NCBI GenBank assembly: GCA_000437235.1
Contig: FR897041.1
Coordinates: 20,633 to 66,577 of the forward strand
Origin: Coprobacillus sp. CAG:826
GTDB lineage: Bacteria > Bacillota_I > Bacilli_A > RFN20 > CAG-826
DNA length: 45,945 nt
Direction of reading: 5' to 3'
Shown here: piece by piece, positions 36,868 through 45,877 of the stretch
How positions within the stretch are numbered: position 1 is the first letter of the stretch
Layout: every line of letters starts with the position of its first letter
The notes under the pieces: generated by a model
What the model was told of the DNA's origin: nothing
What the model saw: only the letters and a program-made list of their open reading frames with translations
The model's database searches: none
Program-made: the position numbers and the translations under genes

Positions 36868-36903
36868 TATAGTTTCATCCCCCATTCATTTTTTTCTAAA
36901 AAA

Positions 36904-36933
36904 AGCATAGCAAAATTTAAAATTAAAAACAAT
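36904..36933 (+). promoter_or_regulatory. Putative forespore (sigma-F/G-type) promoter of dacF
   Basis: GCATA, 18-nt spacer, AACAATA. This resembles the GhATr-N18-CAtnnTA consensus and the spoVA upstream element at 39759. Confidence 0.3.
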
Positions 36934-37009
36934 AAAAACCCTATTTTTTATATCATGAATTCGTTCTATATTTTTTCATTTTTTCATACATTTTCTTGAG
37001 GTGAATTTC

Positions 37010-38167
37010 ATGGGAAAACTATGGCTTACAATTTTACTCATCTTTAGCGTATTTACACCAATGAAAAAGGTGGCTAGAAAAGAAGCACCGAAGATAGAAG
37101 TTTCATTACATACGGATGCCGCGATTTTAATTGAGGCACAATCAGGACGGGTGCTTTTTGAAAAGAATGCGGATGAAAAGCATTATCCAGCGAGCATGAC
37201 CAAAATGATGGGCATGTATTTAATTTTAGATGCAATTGAAAAAGAAAAATTAAGTTTTGATGATGAAGTCATTTGTTCCTCTTATGCTTCGAGTATGGGT
37301 GGCACCCAAATCTTTCTTGAACCGAATGAAAAAATGTCAGTAAAAGACCTTTTTAAAGCGGTAGCGATTAATTCCGCGAACGACGCCATTACCGCTTTAG
37401 GAGAACACTTATGTGGTTCTACAGAAGGCTTTGTAAAAAAGATGAATGATACTGCTAAAGAAATGGAAATGAAAAACACTCATTTTAAAAATCCTACAGG
37501 TTTTGATGATGAAGAACATGTAACGACACCTCGCGATATGTCGATTGTGGCGCAAGCTTTAGTGAAATTCCAAGAGAAATTATTTCAGTTCACGCGTTTA
37601 AAAGAAGCGTATGTAAGAGAAAATACCTCGTCTCCTTTCTGGCTTGTGAATACCAATAAAATGTTAGGCCATTATGAAGGAATGGATGGATTAAAAACGG
37701 GCTATACCCGGTTAGCGGGTTATAATTTAACAGCCACGGCGATGCGAAATCATATTCGTCTAATTTCTGTAGTAATGCATGAAGATTCCATCGAGCATCG
37801 GGCGCAAGATACTACGGCTTTATTAAATGCGGGTTTTAGTAACTTAGAAAACATTAAGCTATTCCCCATGCATGAAGAATTATTAACGTATACTTTCTTA
37901 AAAGCAAAAAAGAAAGATACACCCATTGTTACCAAAAGTGAGATTAATCTTGTCGTGGATAAAGGCGTGAAAGTGGAAGATTTAAAGATCAAAGCGAGAA
38001 TTGAAGAAATGAATGCGCCTTTAAAAGCGGGAGATATTGTTGGCTATTTAGATGTGGAAGATCCTTATCAAAATGTAACTTCTTATCCTTTAACGATTTT
38101 AGAAGATGTAGAAATGATGCATTTTATTGATTACTTTAAAGATATGTTCTTGCGTTTTTTAGCGTAA
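37010..38167 (+). CDS. dacF: D-alanyl-D-alanine carboxypeptidase (sporulation-specific PBP5-type)
   Basis: SxxK (SMTKMM), SxN (SANDA) and KTG motifs. Located immediately upstream of spoIIAA-spoIIAB-sigF, as in B. subtilis. Start set at the ATG following the AGGTGA RBS. Confidence 0.8.
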   Translation: MGKLWLTILLIFSVFTPMKKVARKEAPKIEVSLHTDAAILIEAQSGRVLFEKNADEKHYPASMTKMMGMYLILDAIEKEKLSFDDEVICSSYASSMGGTQIFLEPNEKMSVKDLFKAVAINSANDAITALGEHLCGSTEGFVKKMNDTAKEMEMKNTHFKNPTGFDDEEHVTTPRDMSIVAQALVKFQEKLFQFTRLKEAYVRENTSSPFWLVNTNKMLGHYEGMDGLKTGYTRLAGYNLTATAMRNHIRLISVVMHEDSIEHRAQDTTALLNAGFSNLENIKLFPMHEELLTYTFLKAKKKDTPIVTKSEINLVVDKGVKVEDLKIKARIEEMNAPLKAGDIVGYLDVEDPYQNVTSYPLTILEDVEMMHFIDYFKDMFLRFLA

Positions 38168-38169
38168 TT

Positions 38170-38202
38170 TGTCGAACGCTTTTTTATCGGGTTTTGTCGA
38201 AG
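38170..38202 (+). promoter_or_regulatory. Two direct Spo0A boxes (TGTCGAA) 26 bp apart upstream of spoIIAA
   Basis: Perfect TGTCGAA at 38170-38176 and 38196-38202; each is preceded by TT. Confidence 0.45.
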
Positions 38203-38203
38203 A

Positions 38204-38232
38204 ACGTCGTTTTTCCTAACGACGTTTTTTTC
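38204..38232 (+). terminator. Perfect 9-bp hairpin plus T7 (dacF terminator/attenuator) between the 0A boxes and the spoIIAA RBS
   Basis: aacgtcgtt tttcct aacgacgtt followed by ttttttt. Confidence 0.45.
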
Positions 38233-38263
38233 TTTTGCTAGACTATCATCTAAGGAGGGGCTT

Positions 38264-38617
38264 ATGGAAAGCAAAATACGTATCACACCCTTTGAAGATG
38301 GTATCATCATTGCGATTTCTGGTGATTTAGATTCATTGAGGGTTATGTCTTATCGCAGTTTAATCCAAAGTGAAATGGAACAATATGGGGCTAAGTTTCT
38401 CTTATGGGATTTTTCAAATTTAAGTTTTTTAGATTCTTCAGGTATTGGTCTTATTTTAGGAAGATATAACGAAATTCGTCGAAAAGGTGGCTTTTGTGGC
38501 GTGATGGGGCTCACGACCTACACAAGAAAACTCATTGAGATGACGGGACTATTTTCCATTATGGAAGAATATCGAAGCGTAGTGGCGTTTAAAAAGAAAG
38601 TGAGGATTAATGCATGA
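38264..38617 (+). CDS. spoIIAA: Anti-sigma-F factor antagonist (STAS domain)
   Basis: FLDSSGIGLILGRYNEIRRKGG is co-linear with B. subtilis SpoIIAA. AAGGAGGGG RBS. Confidence 0.85.
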   Translation: MESKIRITPFEDGIIIAISGDLDSLRVMSYRSLIQSEMEQYGAKFLLWDFSNLSFLDSSGIGLILGRYNEIRRKGGFCGVMGLTTYTRKLIEMTGLFSIMEEYRSVVAFKKKVRINA

Positions 38618-39060
38618 ACACAATGGAAGTACGTTTTAGTGCCACGTTGATGAATGAGTCTTTTGCGCGTATGGTTGTGACTTCTTTTATTGCCCCTTTA
38701 AATCCAACGATGGATGAAATAAGTGAAGTGAAAACTATCGTTTCTGAAGCGGTGAGTAACGCGATTATTCATGGTTATCGTTTAGATGCAAGTAAAGAGG
38801 TGGTGATGAAAGCTACCATCGATAAAGATTCGTTAACACTAATCATCAGCGATTATGGTATTGGTATCGATAATATCGAATTAGCGTTAAAGCCAAGTTT
38901 TACCACACGTCCTGATTTAGAAAGAGCGGGTATGGGATTAACAATTATTCAATCATTAAGCAATGAATTTGCCATTCGTTCAGTGATTGGCATGGGAACA
39001 AAAATCACAATTAAAAAAGTTTTTTCAAATGCTTTAACTTACGCTTATGGCGACAAGTAA
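38614..39060 (+). CDS. spoIIAB: Anti-sigma-F factor (serine kinase, GHKL ATPase)
   Basis: NESFARMVVTSFIAPLNPTMDEISEVKTIVSEAVSNAIIHGY is nearly co-linear with B. subtilis SpoIIAB. The ATGA overlap with spoIIAA is present. Confidence 0.9.
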   Translation: MNTMEVRFSATLMNESFARMVVTSFIAPLNPTMDEISEVKTIVSEAVSNAIIHGYRLDASKEVVMKATIDKDSLTLIISDYGIGIDNIELALKPSFTTRPDLERAGMGLTIIQSLSNEFAIRSVIGMGTKITIKKVFSNALTYAYGDK

Positions 39061-39760
39061 TGTGGATTACGACTTATTAAAAAGAGCGAAAGATGGCGAT
39101 AAGCAAGCGCTAGATGAAGCTTGTAAAATCCATACGCCCTTAGTGATTTCCTTATGTTCTCGTTATCAAAGCGGTATGGTCGATAAAGAAGATTTAGTGA
39201 GTGTAGGTATGTTAGGCTTATTAAAAGCCATTCAACAATTTGATGAGAATTTTGGTGTACAATTTTCTACGTATGCTGTGCCATTAATCTTAGGAGAAAT
39301 CAAACGCTTTTTCCGTGATGATGGCGTCATTAAAGTATCTCGACAATATAAAGAACTCTATTTAAAAATCCAAAAGAAAGAAAAAGAGTTAGAAATGAAG
39401 TTAGAAAGAGCAGTGACCATTGATGATTTAGCGAAAGAACTTGATGTACCTAGAGAAGATATTCATATGGCGATTGAATCTCATTACTATCCAACTTCAT
39501 TATCGACTCCAATGGATGATGATCATTTTGTCTTTGAAGATACTTTAGGAGAAAATGATGTTATAGAAGAACTAGATAAAATGGATTTATTAGAAGCTTT
39601 AAAAAAACTAGATCCAAAAGAACAGTTATTAATTAAAATGCGATATTTTGATGAAATGAAACAGCAAGAATGTGCGGAGCGTTTCTTTGTATCGCAAGTC
39701 CAAATTTCTAGAATGGAAAAAAAGATTTTAGAAAAATTAAAGCGAATGTTGGTCTCATGA
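39047..39760 (+). CDS. sigF: Sporulation sigma factor sigma-F
   Basis: Sigma-70 regions 2-4 (FSTYAVPLILGEIKRFFRDDG ...). The position after spoIIAB is diagnostic. Confidence 0.85.
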   Translation: MATSNVDYDLLKRAKDGDKQALDEACKIHTPLVISLCSRYQSGMVDKEDLVSVGMLGLLKAIQQFDENFGVQFSTYAVPLILGEIKRFFRDDGVIKVSRQYKELYLKIQKKEKELEMKLERAVTIDDLAKELDVPREDIHMAIESHYYPTSLSTPMDDDHFVFEDTLGENDVIEELDKMDLLEALKKLDPKEQLLIKMRYFDEMKQQECAERFFVSQVQISRMEKKILEKLKRMLVS

Positions 39761-39788
39761 ATGAAATCACCTCTTTTTTAACACAATA
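39759..39788 (+). promoter_or_regulatory. Putative sigma-G-type promoter of the spoVA operon
   Basis: GAATG, 18-nt spacer, CACAATA. Confidence 0.3.
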
Positions 39789-39804
39789 AAAATGAGGTGG
39801 TACG

Positions 39805-40257
39805 ATGAAAGACGAACGTTTTCAAGAAATTGTAAAAGAAAACCAAGTAAAAGAGAAGAAGGGAAAACATCTTTTATTCGCTTTCTTGGTTGGTGGATGT
39901 ATGGGCTTATTTGCGCATTTTATTTATGATATGAGTTTTCGTTATTTAGGGGCAACGAAAGAAAATGCCGGCCTTATTTCTACCAGTGTAATTATTATTC
40001 TTACCACGATTTTAACGATGACGGGAACTTATAAAAAATTAGCACGAAAATTTGGAGCCGGTTTATTCATTCCGACTTCTGGATTCGCTAACTCGATGGC
40101 ATCATCTGCGATTGAATCAAAATTTGAAGGTCCAATCTATGGCTTAGGTTCACGTATGTTTTATTTAGCGGGTAGTGTGATTACCTATGGCATTTTTAGT
40201 GCGTTTATTTACGCAGTGATTCGCTTCTTATTAAGTCTTATAGGAGTGAGCCTATGA
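39805..40257 (+). CDS. spoVAC: Stage V sporulation protein AC
   Basis: LLFAFLVGGCMGLFAHFIYD ... SGFANSMASSAIE matches SpoVAC. Confidence 0.8.
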   Translation: MKDERFQEIVKENQVKEKKGKHLLFAFLVGGCMGLFAHFIYDMSFRYLGATKENAGLISTSVIIILTTILTMTGTYKKLARKFGAGLFIPTSGFANSMASSAIESKFEGPIYGLGSRMFYLAGSVITYGIFSAFIYAVIRFLLSLIGVSL

Positions 40258-41249
40258 GTTTCCATATGAATTTTCATCATGTTTTCATCAAATCTTTTTC
40301 TTCGATTGTCGGAAAAAAAGAAAAAGAGGGACCTTATGGCGATTATTTTGATGAAAGCGTAAAAGATGATTATGTCGGAGAAAAAACATTTGAAGAAGGA
40401 GAAATTCATTTAGCTAGAAGAGCGATTGAACTAGTGTTACTTAAAGGCAAAACCGAAATTGGCGAAATTCCTCTTGTTTTTGGTGGGGATTTAAGTAATC
40501 AAATTGCCATTACTTCTAGAGTGATGAAAGATTTATCAAGCGCTGCGATTGGGGTATATAGTGCATGTGCAACCTTACCTTTAGCGTTAGGTTTAGCAGC
40601 GACGTATGTCGATAATAAGTATATTCTGCATGGTTTAGTGTTTACAAGTTCTTCTAAAAGTGTAGCGGAACGACAATTCCGTTATCCTAATGACTATGGA
40701 ATCCAAAAGAAAGATTCAAGTACGATTACAGTAACGGGCAGTGCAAGTTTTATCGTTTCTAGAGATCCATCTCCGATTCAAATTACCGGACTGACCTATG
40801 GAAAAGTGTATGATCCAAATTTAGCAAATCTAAATGATATGGGGAGTCCTATGGCTTATGCTGCATATCATACCATTAGGGATCATTTAAAGAGTCAAAA
40901 TGAAACAATGGAGGATTATGACGCAATTATTACGGGTGACTTATCTTTGATAGGTACTAAGGTTTTAAAAGCTTGTTTTAAAGAAGATGGGATTGATTTA
41001 AAAAATCATTTAGATGCGGGAAACTTAATTTTTCACCGCGAAAAAGAAAAAGTATATGCCGGTGGAAGTGGGCCTGGTTGTATTGCGGTTTTTTTAGCGG
41101 GTTATGTTTTAAAAGAAATGTTAAAAGGTACATTGAAGCGCGTTTTAATTGTCGCAACAGGTGCTTTATTTTCGCCCACCCTTTCTCAACAAAAACATTC
41201 GATTCCTGTTATCGCTCACGCGATTACCTTAGAAAGAAAAGAGGCATAG
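40254..41249 (+). CDS. spoVAD: Stage V sporulation protein AD
   Basis: 331 aa with a thiolase/KAS-like fold typical of SpoVAD. The start overlaps the spoVAC stop. Confidence 0.8.
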   Translation: MSFHMNFHHVFIKSFSSIVGKKEKEGPYGDYFDESVKDDYVGEKTFEEGEIHLARRAIELVLLKGKTEIGEIPLVFGGDLSNQIAITSRVMKDLSSAAIGVYSACATLPLALGLAATYVDNKYILHGLVFTSSSKSVAERQFRYPNDYGIQKKDSSTITVTGSASFIVSRDPSPIQITGLTYGKVYDPNLANLNDMGSPMAYAAYHTIRDHLKSQNETMEDYDAIITGDLSLIGTKVLKACFKEDGIDLKNHLDAGNLIFHREKEKVYAGGSGPGCIAVFLAGYVLKEMLKGTLKRVLIVATGALFSPTLSQQKHSIPVIAHAITLERKEA

Positions 41250-41251
41250 TT

Positions 41252-41608
41252 ATGACGTATTTATACGCATTTTTGTTTGCTGGCCTTTTAAGCTTTTTAG
41301 GACAACTACTCTATGAATATACGAAATTAACCCCCGGACATATTACGAGCATGTTCGTTGTTGTTGGGGTTTTATTAGAATCTTTTGGCATCTATGATTT
41401 CTTTTTATCTTATTGTGGAGGAGGCGCAATGACGCCGATTACCAATTTTGGTCACGTTTTAGCGCATTCCGCTATAGAAGGCGCTAAAGAAGAAGGCTTC
41501 ATGGGTATTTTAAAAGGTTTATTAAAAAACGCATCTTATGTTTTATCTTTAGTAACGGTAACCGCTACAGTAGCGGCGCTTTTAACGCGCCCTAAAGGAG
41601 ATGCCTAA
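41252..41608 (+). CDS. spoVAEb: Stage V sporulation protein AE (SpoVAEb-type)
   Basis: MTYLYAFLFAGLLSFLGQLLYEYTKLTPGHITSMFVVVGVLLESFGIYD aligns with B. subtilis SpoVAEb. The true start is the ATG at 41252 after an AGAGG RBS; the track ORF at 41078 is an out-of-context extension. Confidence 0.7.
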   Translation: MTYLYAFLFAGLLSFLGQLLYEYTKLTPGHITSMFVVVGVLLESFGIYDFFLSYCGGGAMTPITNFGHVLAHSAIEGAKEEGFMGILKGLLKNASYVLSLVTVTATVAALLTRPKGDA

Positions 41609-41609
41609 T

Positions 41610-42980
41610 ATGCGTTACGATGAGAAATTAGATTTATATTTAATGACGCAAACGCATCTATATGAAAACTTTGATGTCGTGCGTAGAGAAGTGGGGCTTG
41701 GTTTAAAAAAGGGTGTTTTGTATTATTTATCTAGCTTAGTGAATGAAGTGGCTATTACGAATTTATTAGAAGGTATCAAAGTAGCGTGGTCAGCTTCTAC
41801 AATGGAAAAAACGCTTTTTAATGGTTCGGTTTTAAAAAAAAACAATCAAGAAGAAATTCTAGATGATTTGTTTTCTGGAAATGCCATTTTATTGTTGGAA
41901 AATCTAAAATCAGCCATGGTAATTGATGTTCGTTCTTATCCCTCTAGAGCGATTAGTGAGCCGACAAGCGAACAAACGATTCGTGGCTCGAGAGATGGTT
42001 TTACCGAATCCATTAATACGAACGTTGGATTGATTCGTAGAAGAATTAAAGATACCCATTTAATGATTGAAACTTTTAACGTTTCGAAAAAAAGTGCCAT
42101 TTCTGTTGCGGTTTGTTATCTATCTGATCAAGCAGATTTAGGTATTGTTGAGGACTTAAAAAAGAAAATTCAAGAAATCGATGTGAATTCCTTAGTGATG
42201 TCTGATCGCGCTTTAGAAGAAATTTTATTTAAACAACGATTTTCGCCGTTTCCTTTAGTTCGCTATACGGAACGTCCAGATGTAGCAAGCATCAATTTAA
42301 TGAATGGAAAGATTCTTTTAATCTGCGATACTTCAGCGAGTGTCATTATTACGCCTACGACGTTTATTGATCATACCAAGCACGTTGAAGAATTTCGTCA
42401 ATCTCCCTTAATTGGTAGCTTTACAAGACTATTACGAAGTATTGCTGTTCTTTTATCGTTTTTACTTCTTCCGCTTTGGCTAGCGTTAGTTAAAACGGAT
42501 GGTTTTCATAATGGCTTAGAAATTGAAGTCACCTTACAGAATAGCCATCTTTTAGTGGTACAAATCTTTGTTGCGGAATTGATCTTTGAACTTTTGCGGA
42601 TTGCTTCCATTCATACGCCAACTCAATTAACCAGTGCCGTGGGTTTAATTGCCGCGATAGTATTATCCCAAGTTTCTTTAGACTTAGGATTATTTCTTCC
42701 TGAGATTATTTTAATGTGCGCAATTTCCGCTATTTGTGGATTTGCTACACCGAGTTATGAATTATCTATGGCCAATAAAGTTATGAAATTAATTCTTATT
42801 TTATTTGTCGCGGTGGGTGGAAAAGTAGGCTTTTTAATCGGGATAACCCTTTTATACATTTATCTATCTTGTTTAAAAACATGGGATATGCCGTATTTAT
42901 ACCCCTTCTGTCCTTTAGATACAAAAAAAGCACTCGATCTATTTTCTAGATCCAGTGCAAAGAAACGTAAGAATTTATAA
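41610..42980 (+). CDS. spoVAF: Stage V sporulation protein AF (GerA family spore germination protein)
   Basis: GerA-type N-terminal soluble domain plus a 5-TM C-terminus. Its position after spoVAE is as in Bacilli. The start is at either 41601 or 41610. Confidence 0.65.
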   Translation: MRYDEKLDLYLMTQTHLYENFDVVRREVGLGLKKGVLYYLSSLVNEVAITNLLEGIKVAWSASTMEKTLFNGSVLKKNNQEEILDDLFSGNAILLLENLKSAMVIDVRSYPSRAISEPTSEQTIRGSRDGFTESINTNVGLIRRRIKDTHLMIETFNVSKKSAISVAVCYLSDQADLGIVEDLKKKIQEIDVNSLVMSDRALEEILFKQRFSPFPLVRYTERPDVASINLMNGKILLICDTSASVIITPTTFIDHTKHVEEFRQSPLIGSFTRLLRSIAVLLSFLLLPLWLALVKTDGFHNGLEIEVTLQNSHLLVVQIFVAELIFELLRIASIHTPTQLTSAVGLIAAIVLSQVSLDLGLFLPEIILMCAISAICGFATPSYELSMANKVMKLILILFVAVGGKVGFLIGITLLYIYLSCLKTWDMPYLYPFCPLDTKKALDLFSRSSAKKRKNL

Positions 42981-44234
42981 TTTCTTGAGTCTTCTAAGGT
43001 CTTTAGAACGACCTTGTTTTTTAAGCCTACGATAATTTTCATTTAAAGCGCGTTCATAACTTGAATGGTCGCTTGGTTCATAAAATTGCATGTTTTTAAT
43101 GAGTTCAGGAAGATATTGAATCTTTTCCCATATATCGGGACGGTCATAAGGATATTTATCTTCTTCTTGGACGTTAACAGGAGTAAGTTTTAAATAATCC
43201 ATGACATCTAAAGGTGATGAGGTAGCAACATCCATTGCTTTATGGATGGCGTTACAAGCCACTTTTGATTTTGGAGAGAGTGCTAAATCACATACCGTAA
43301 ATCCTAGAGGAATGACGGCTTCAGGGAGGCCAACTTTTCTTGCGCTTTCTAAAGCGGTCGCACAGCGGGTGACGGCTTGAGGATTTGCTAAACCGATATC
43401 TTCATAAGCAGTAACGAGTAATCGTCTTTCAATGCTTTCTAAATCACCAGCGGCACATAAACGGGCTAAATAATATAACGCCGCATCGACATCACTTCCA
43501 CGAATCGATTTTTGTAAAGCAGAGACGGCATCATAGTGACCATTCTCATCTTGATCCATTAAATAATTAGGGATTTTAGTAATGGCATCAATGTCACTTT
43601 TTTCAATGTGCATTTTTTTAGAGCCTAATGTGGCAACTTCCACTAAATTCATAGCAAACCGCATATCACCAGAGGCTAAGCGAGCAATCGTAGCCACGGC
43701 TTCATCACTAAAGGTATACATATTGTTTAAACCATTAGGGAGTTCAATCACTCGATGAATACCTTCTATAATTTCTTTTTGAGTTAAAGGTTTAACTTCT
43801 AAAAGATGACAGCGGCTTCGAATAGCGGGATTAATGGCAATATAAGGGTTTGCGGTAGTGGCGCCAATTAAATAAATTGTTCCCGATTCAATAAAAGGAA
43901 GCAATAAATCCTGTTTATCTTTACTTAAACGGTGAACTTCATCCATGATGATAATTGGATGCGGAAATAAACGCGATTCTTCAATAGCGGCTTCCATTTC
44001 TTTTTTGTTGCTCGTAACAGCGTTTAGCTTAATTAAATGAGCGTCCATGGAACGCGAAAAAGCTTCTGCTAAAGTGGTTTTTCCTGATCCAGGTGGACCA
44101 TAAAAAATCATAGAGACTAGAGTATTTGATTCCATTAAATGACGTAAAAAGCCATCTTCACCCACTAAGTGCTTTTGGCCAATAATGTCATCTAAAGTAT
44201 GGGGACGTACGCGGTACGCTAAAGGTGCATTCAT
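42975..44234 (-). CDS. rarA: Replication-associated recombination protein A (AAA+ ATPase RarA/MgsA)
   Basis: Walker A GPPGSGKTTLA and an N-terminus LAYRVRPHTLDDIIGQKHL. The start is probably MNAPL, which follows GGAAGTGA. Confidence 0.8.
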   Translation of the reverse strand: MNAPLAYRVRPHTLDDIIGQKHLVGEDGFLRHLMESNTLVSMIFYGPPGSGKTTLAEAFSRSMDAHLIKLNAVTSNKKEMEAAIEESRLFPHPIIIMDEVHRLSKDKQDLLLPFIESGTIYLIGATTANPYIAINPAIRSRCHLLEVKPLTQKEIIEGIHRVIELPNGLNNMYTFSDEAVATIARLASGDMRFAMNLVEVATLGSKKMHIEKSDIDAITKIPNYLMDQDENGHYDAVSALQKSIRGSDVDAALYYLARLCAAGDLESIERRLLVTAYEDIGLANPQAVTRCATALESARKVGLPEAVIPLGFTVCDLALSPKSKVACNAIHKAMDVATSSPLDVMDYLKLTPVNVQEEDKYPYDRPDIWEKIQYLPELIKNMQFYEPSDHSSYERALNENYRRLKKQGRSKDLRRLKKL

Positions 44235-44303
44235 TTTCATCACTTCCATTAATTAGTATATCAATTTTCTTTTAATTTCTCTATAATAATTATGGTGATG
44301 AAA

Positions 44304-44765
44304 ATGCGCGTTGTTTTACAAATTGTTCAAAATGCTCATGTCGATATCGAAGGAAAGACCGTAGGGATCATAAAAAAAGGTTATCTTCTTTTGGTCGGAT
44401 TTCAAGAAGGCGATGATGAAAGCATTTTAAAAGAAATGCTGAATAAAATCATCGGTCTTCGTATTTTTGCGGATGAACAAGGAAAAACCAATTTATCTTT
44501 AGATGATGTTCATGGAGAAATCTTATCCGTTTCGCAGTTTACTTTATATGCTGATGTTAGAAAAGGAAGAAGACCCTCTTTTGTTAACGCCTTAGCACCA
44601 CAAAAAGCGACCGTTCTATATGATCGTTGGCTTAGTTTATTAAGAGAAATATATCCAAATGCCCAAAGCGGTGTTTTTGGAGCGGATATGAAAGTGTCCT
44701 TAGTGAATGATGGACCTTTTACGCTAATTTTAGATAGCGATGAATTGCGGAGGAAAAATGCATGA
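44304..44765 (+). CDS. dtd: D-aminoacyl-tRNA deacylase
   Basis: MRVVLQIVQNAHVDIEG...LLLVGF and a C-terminal SQFTL/GPFT motif. GGTGA RBS. The -10 TATAAT is at 44282-44287. Confidence 0.75.
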   Translation: MRVVLQIVQNAHVDIEGKTVGIIKKGYLLLVGFQEGDDESILKEMLNKIIGLRIFADEQGKTNLSLDDVHGEILSVSQFTLYADVRKGRRPSFVNALAPQKATVLYDRWLSLLREIYPNAQSGVFGADMKVSLVNDGPFTLILDSDELRRKNA

Positions 44766-45877
44766 AAGAAAAAGTGATGATTGGCTTATCTGGCGGTGTA
44801 GATTCCGCAGTGGCAGCCTATTTATTAAAAAAACAAGGCTATGATGTCGTAGCGGGCTTTATGCGAAACTGGGATGCCATCACGAATGGCGATTTTTTAG
44901 GGAATCCTACTTTAAATGATCCTTGTTGTCCACAAGAAGCGGATTATGAGGATGCGAAAAAAGTAGCAGAAATCCTCGATATTCCACTTTACCGCATTGA
45001 TTTTATTGAAGAATATTGGAATGAAGTTTTTACGTATTTCTTAAAAGAATATGAAAAAGGAAGAACGCCAAACCCTGATATTTTCTGTAATAAATACATT
45101 AAGTTTGATTCGTTTTTAAAATTTGCTAAAGAAAAAGGTTGCGCCTATATGGCTACGGGCCACTATGCCAAAAGAGTAGAAATTGATGGTCATGTTTATT
45201 TAAAAAAAGCTGCAGATTTAAATAAAGATCAAACGTATTTTCTTTCGCAATTAAATGAAGAACAAATTGCTTCTTGTTTATTTCCTTTAGGGGATATTGA
45301 TAAACCAGAAGTAAGAAGAATTGCTGAAGAATTAGCGTTACCAATTGCACATAAAAAAGATTCAACCGGTGTTTGCTTTATTGGTGAACGACATTTTAAA
45401 CAATTTTTACAAAACTATATTCCTGCTCAACCAGGCGATATTGTGGATATTGATTCGAAAAAAGTGCTCGGAAAACATGATGGAGTTTTATATTATACCT
45501 TAGGACAAAGAAAAGGCTTAGGTATTGGTGGTATTCATGGAACGACCAACCATTCCTGGTTTGTATGTGGAAAAGATGTAGAGCATAACATTCTTTACGT
45601 CGCTGATGATCCAAGTAATGAAGCGTTATTATCGACTTCTTGTATCATTCAACAGGTAAATTGGTTACTAAAAGACTATAAGTTACCTCTTCATTGTAAC
45701 GCTAAATTCCGCTACCGACAAAAAGATTTAGGTGTTACGATCACTTATTTAGAAGGCGATGAAATGGTCGTCACTTATGACGCTCCCCATAGTGCAGTCA
45801 CACCGGGTCAAGCAGCAGTTTTTTATCTAAATGATGTTATGATTGCTGGTGGAATTATAGAAAAAACAAATAAATAA
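44762..45877 (+). CDS. mnmA: tRNA-specific 2-thiouridylase
   Basis: PP-loop SGGVDSAV and catalytic Cys motifs (CNKYIKF, TGVCF); 371 aa. Confidence 0.85.
   Translation: MKEKVMIGLSGGVDSAVAAYLLKKQGYDVVAGFMRNWDAITNGDFLGNPTLNDPCCPQEADYEDAKKVAEILDIPLYRIDFIEEYWNEVFTYFLKEYEKGRTPNPDIFCNKYIKFDSFLKFAKEKGCAYMATGHYAKRVEIDGHVYLKKAADLNKDQTYFLSQLNEEQIASCLFPLGDIDKPEVRRIAEELALPIAHKKDSTGVCFIGERHFKQFLQNYIPAQPGDIVDIDSKKVLGKHDGVLYYTLGQRKGLGIGGIHGTTNHSWFVCGKDVEHNILYVADDPSNEALLSTSCIIQQVNWLLKDYKLPLHCNAKFRYRQKDLGVTITYLEGDEMVVTYDAPHSAVTPGQAAVFYLNDVMIAGGIIEKTNK

Noticed and set aside
37001-37009. GTG start for dacF at 37001
   Set aside because: The GTG lies within the AGGTGA Shine-Dalgarno sequence itself. The ATG at 37010 has correct spacing.
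38233-38263. A sigma-H or sigma-A promoter for spoIIAA in the 30 nt between the hairpin terminator and the RBS
   Set aside because: There are no acceptable -35/-10 hexamers (AGGA...GAAT or TTGACA...TATAAT) with workable spacing. The space is too short to accommodate a promoter plus a TSS ahead of the SD.
41078-41251. N-terminal 58 codons of the track ORF 41078-41608 overlapping the end of spoVAD
   Set aside because: This part is out of context: it overlaps the spoVAD C-terminus in another frame. The homologous SpoVAEb sequence begins at the ATG at 41252, which has a proper RBS.
44292-44303. dtd start at 44292 (MVMKMRVV)
   Set aside because: That ATG sits at or before the predicted transcription start, 5 nt after the TATAAT -10. 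The ATG at 44304 is preceded by GGTGA and gives the canonical Dtd N-terminus MRVV. A leaderless start cannot be excluded.
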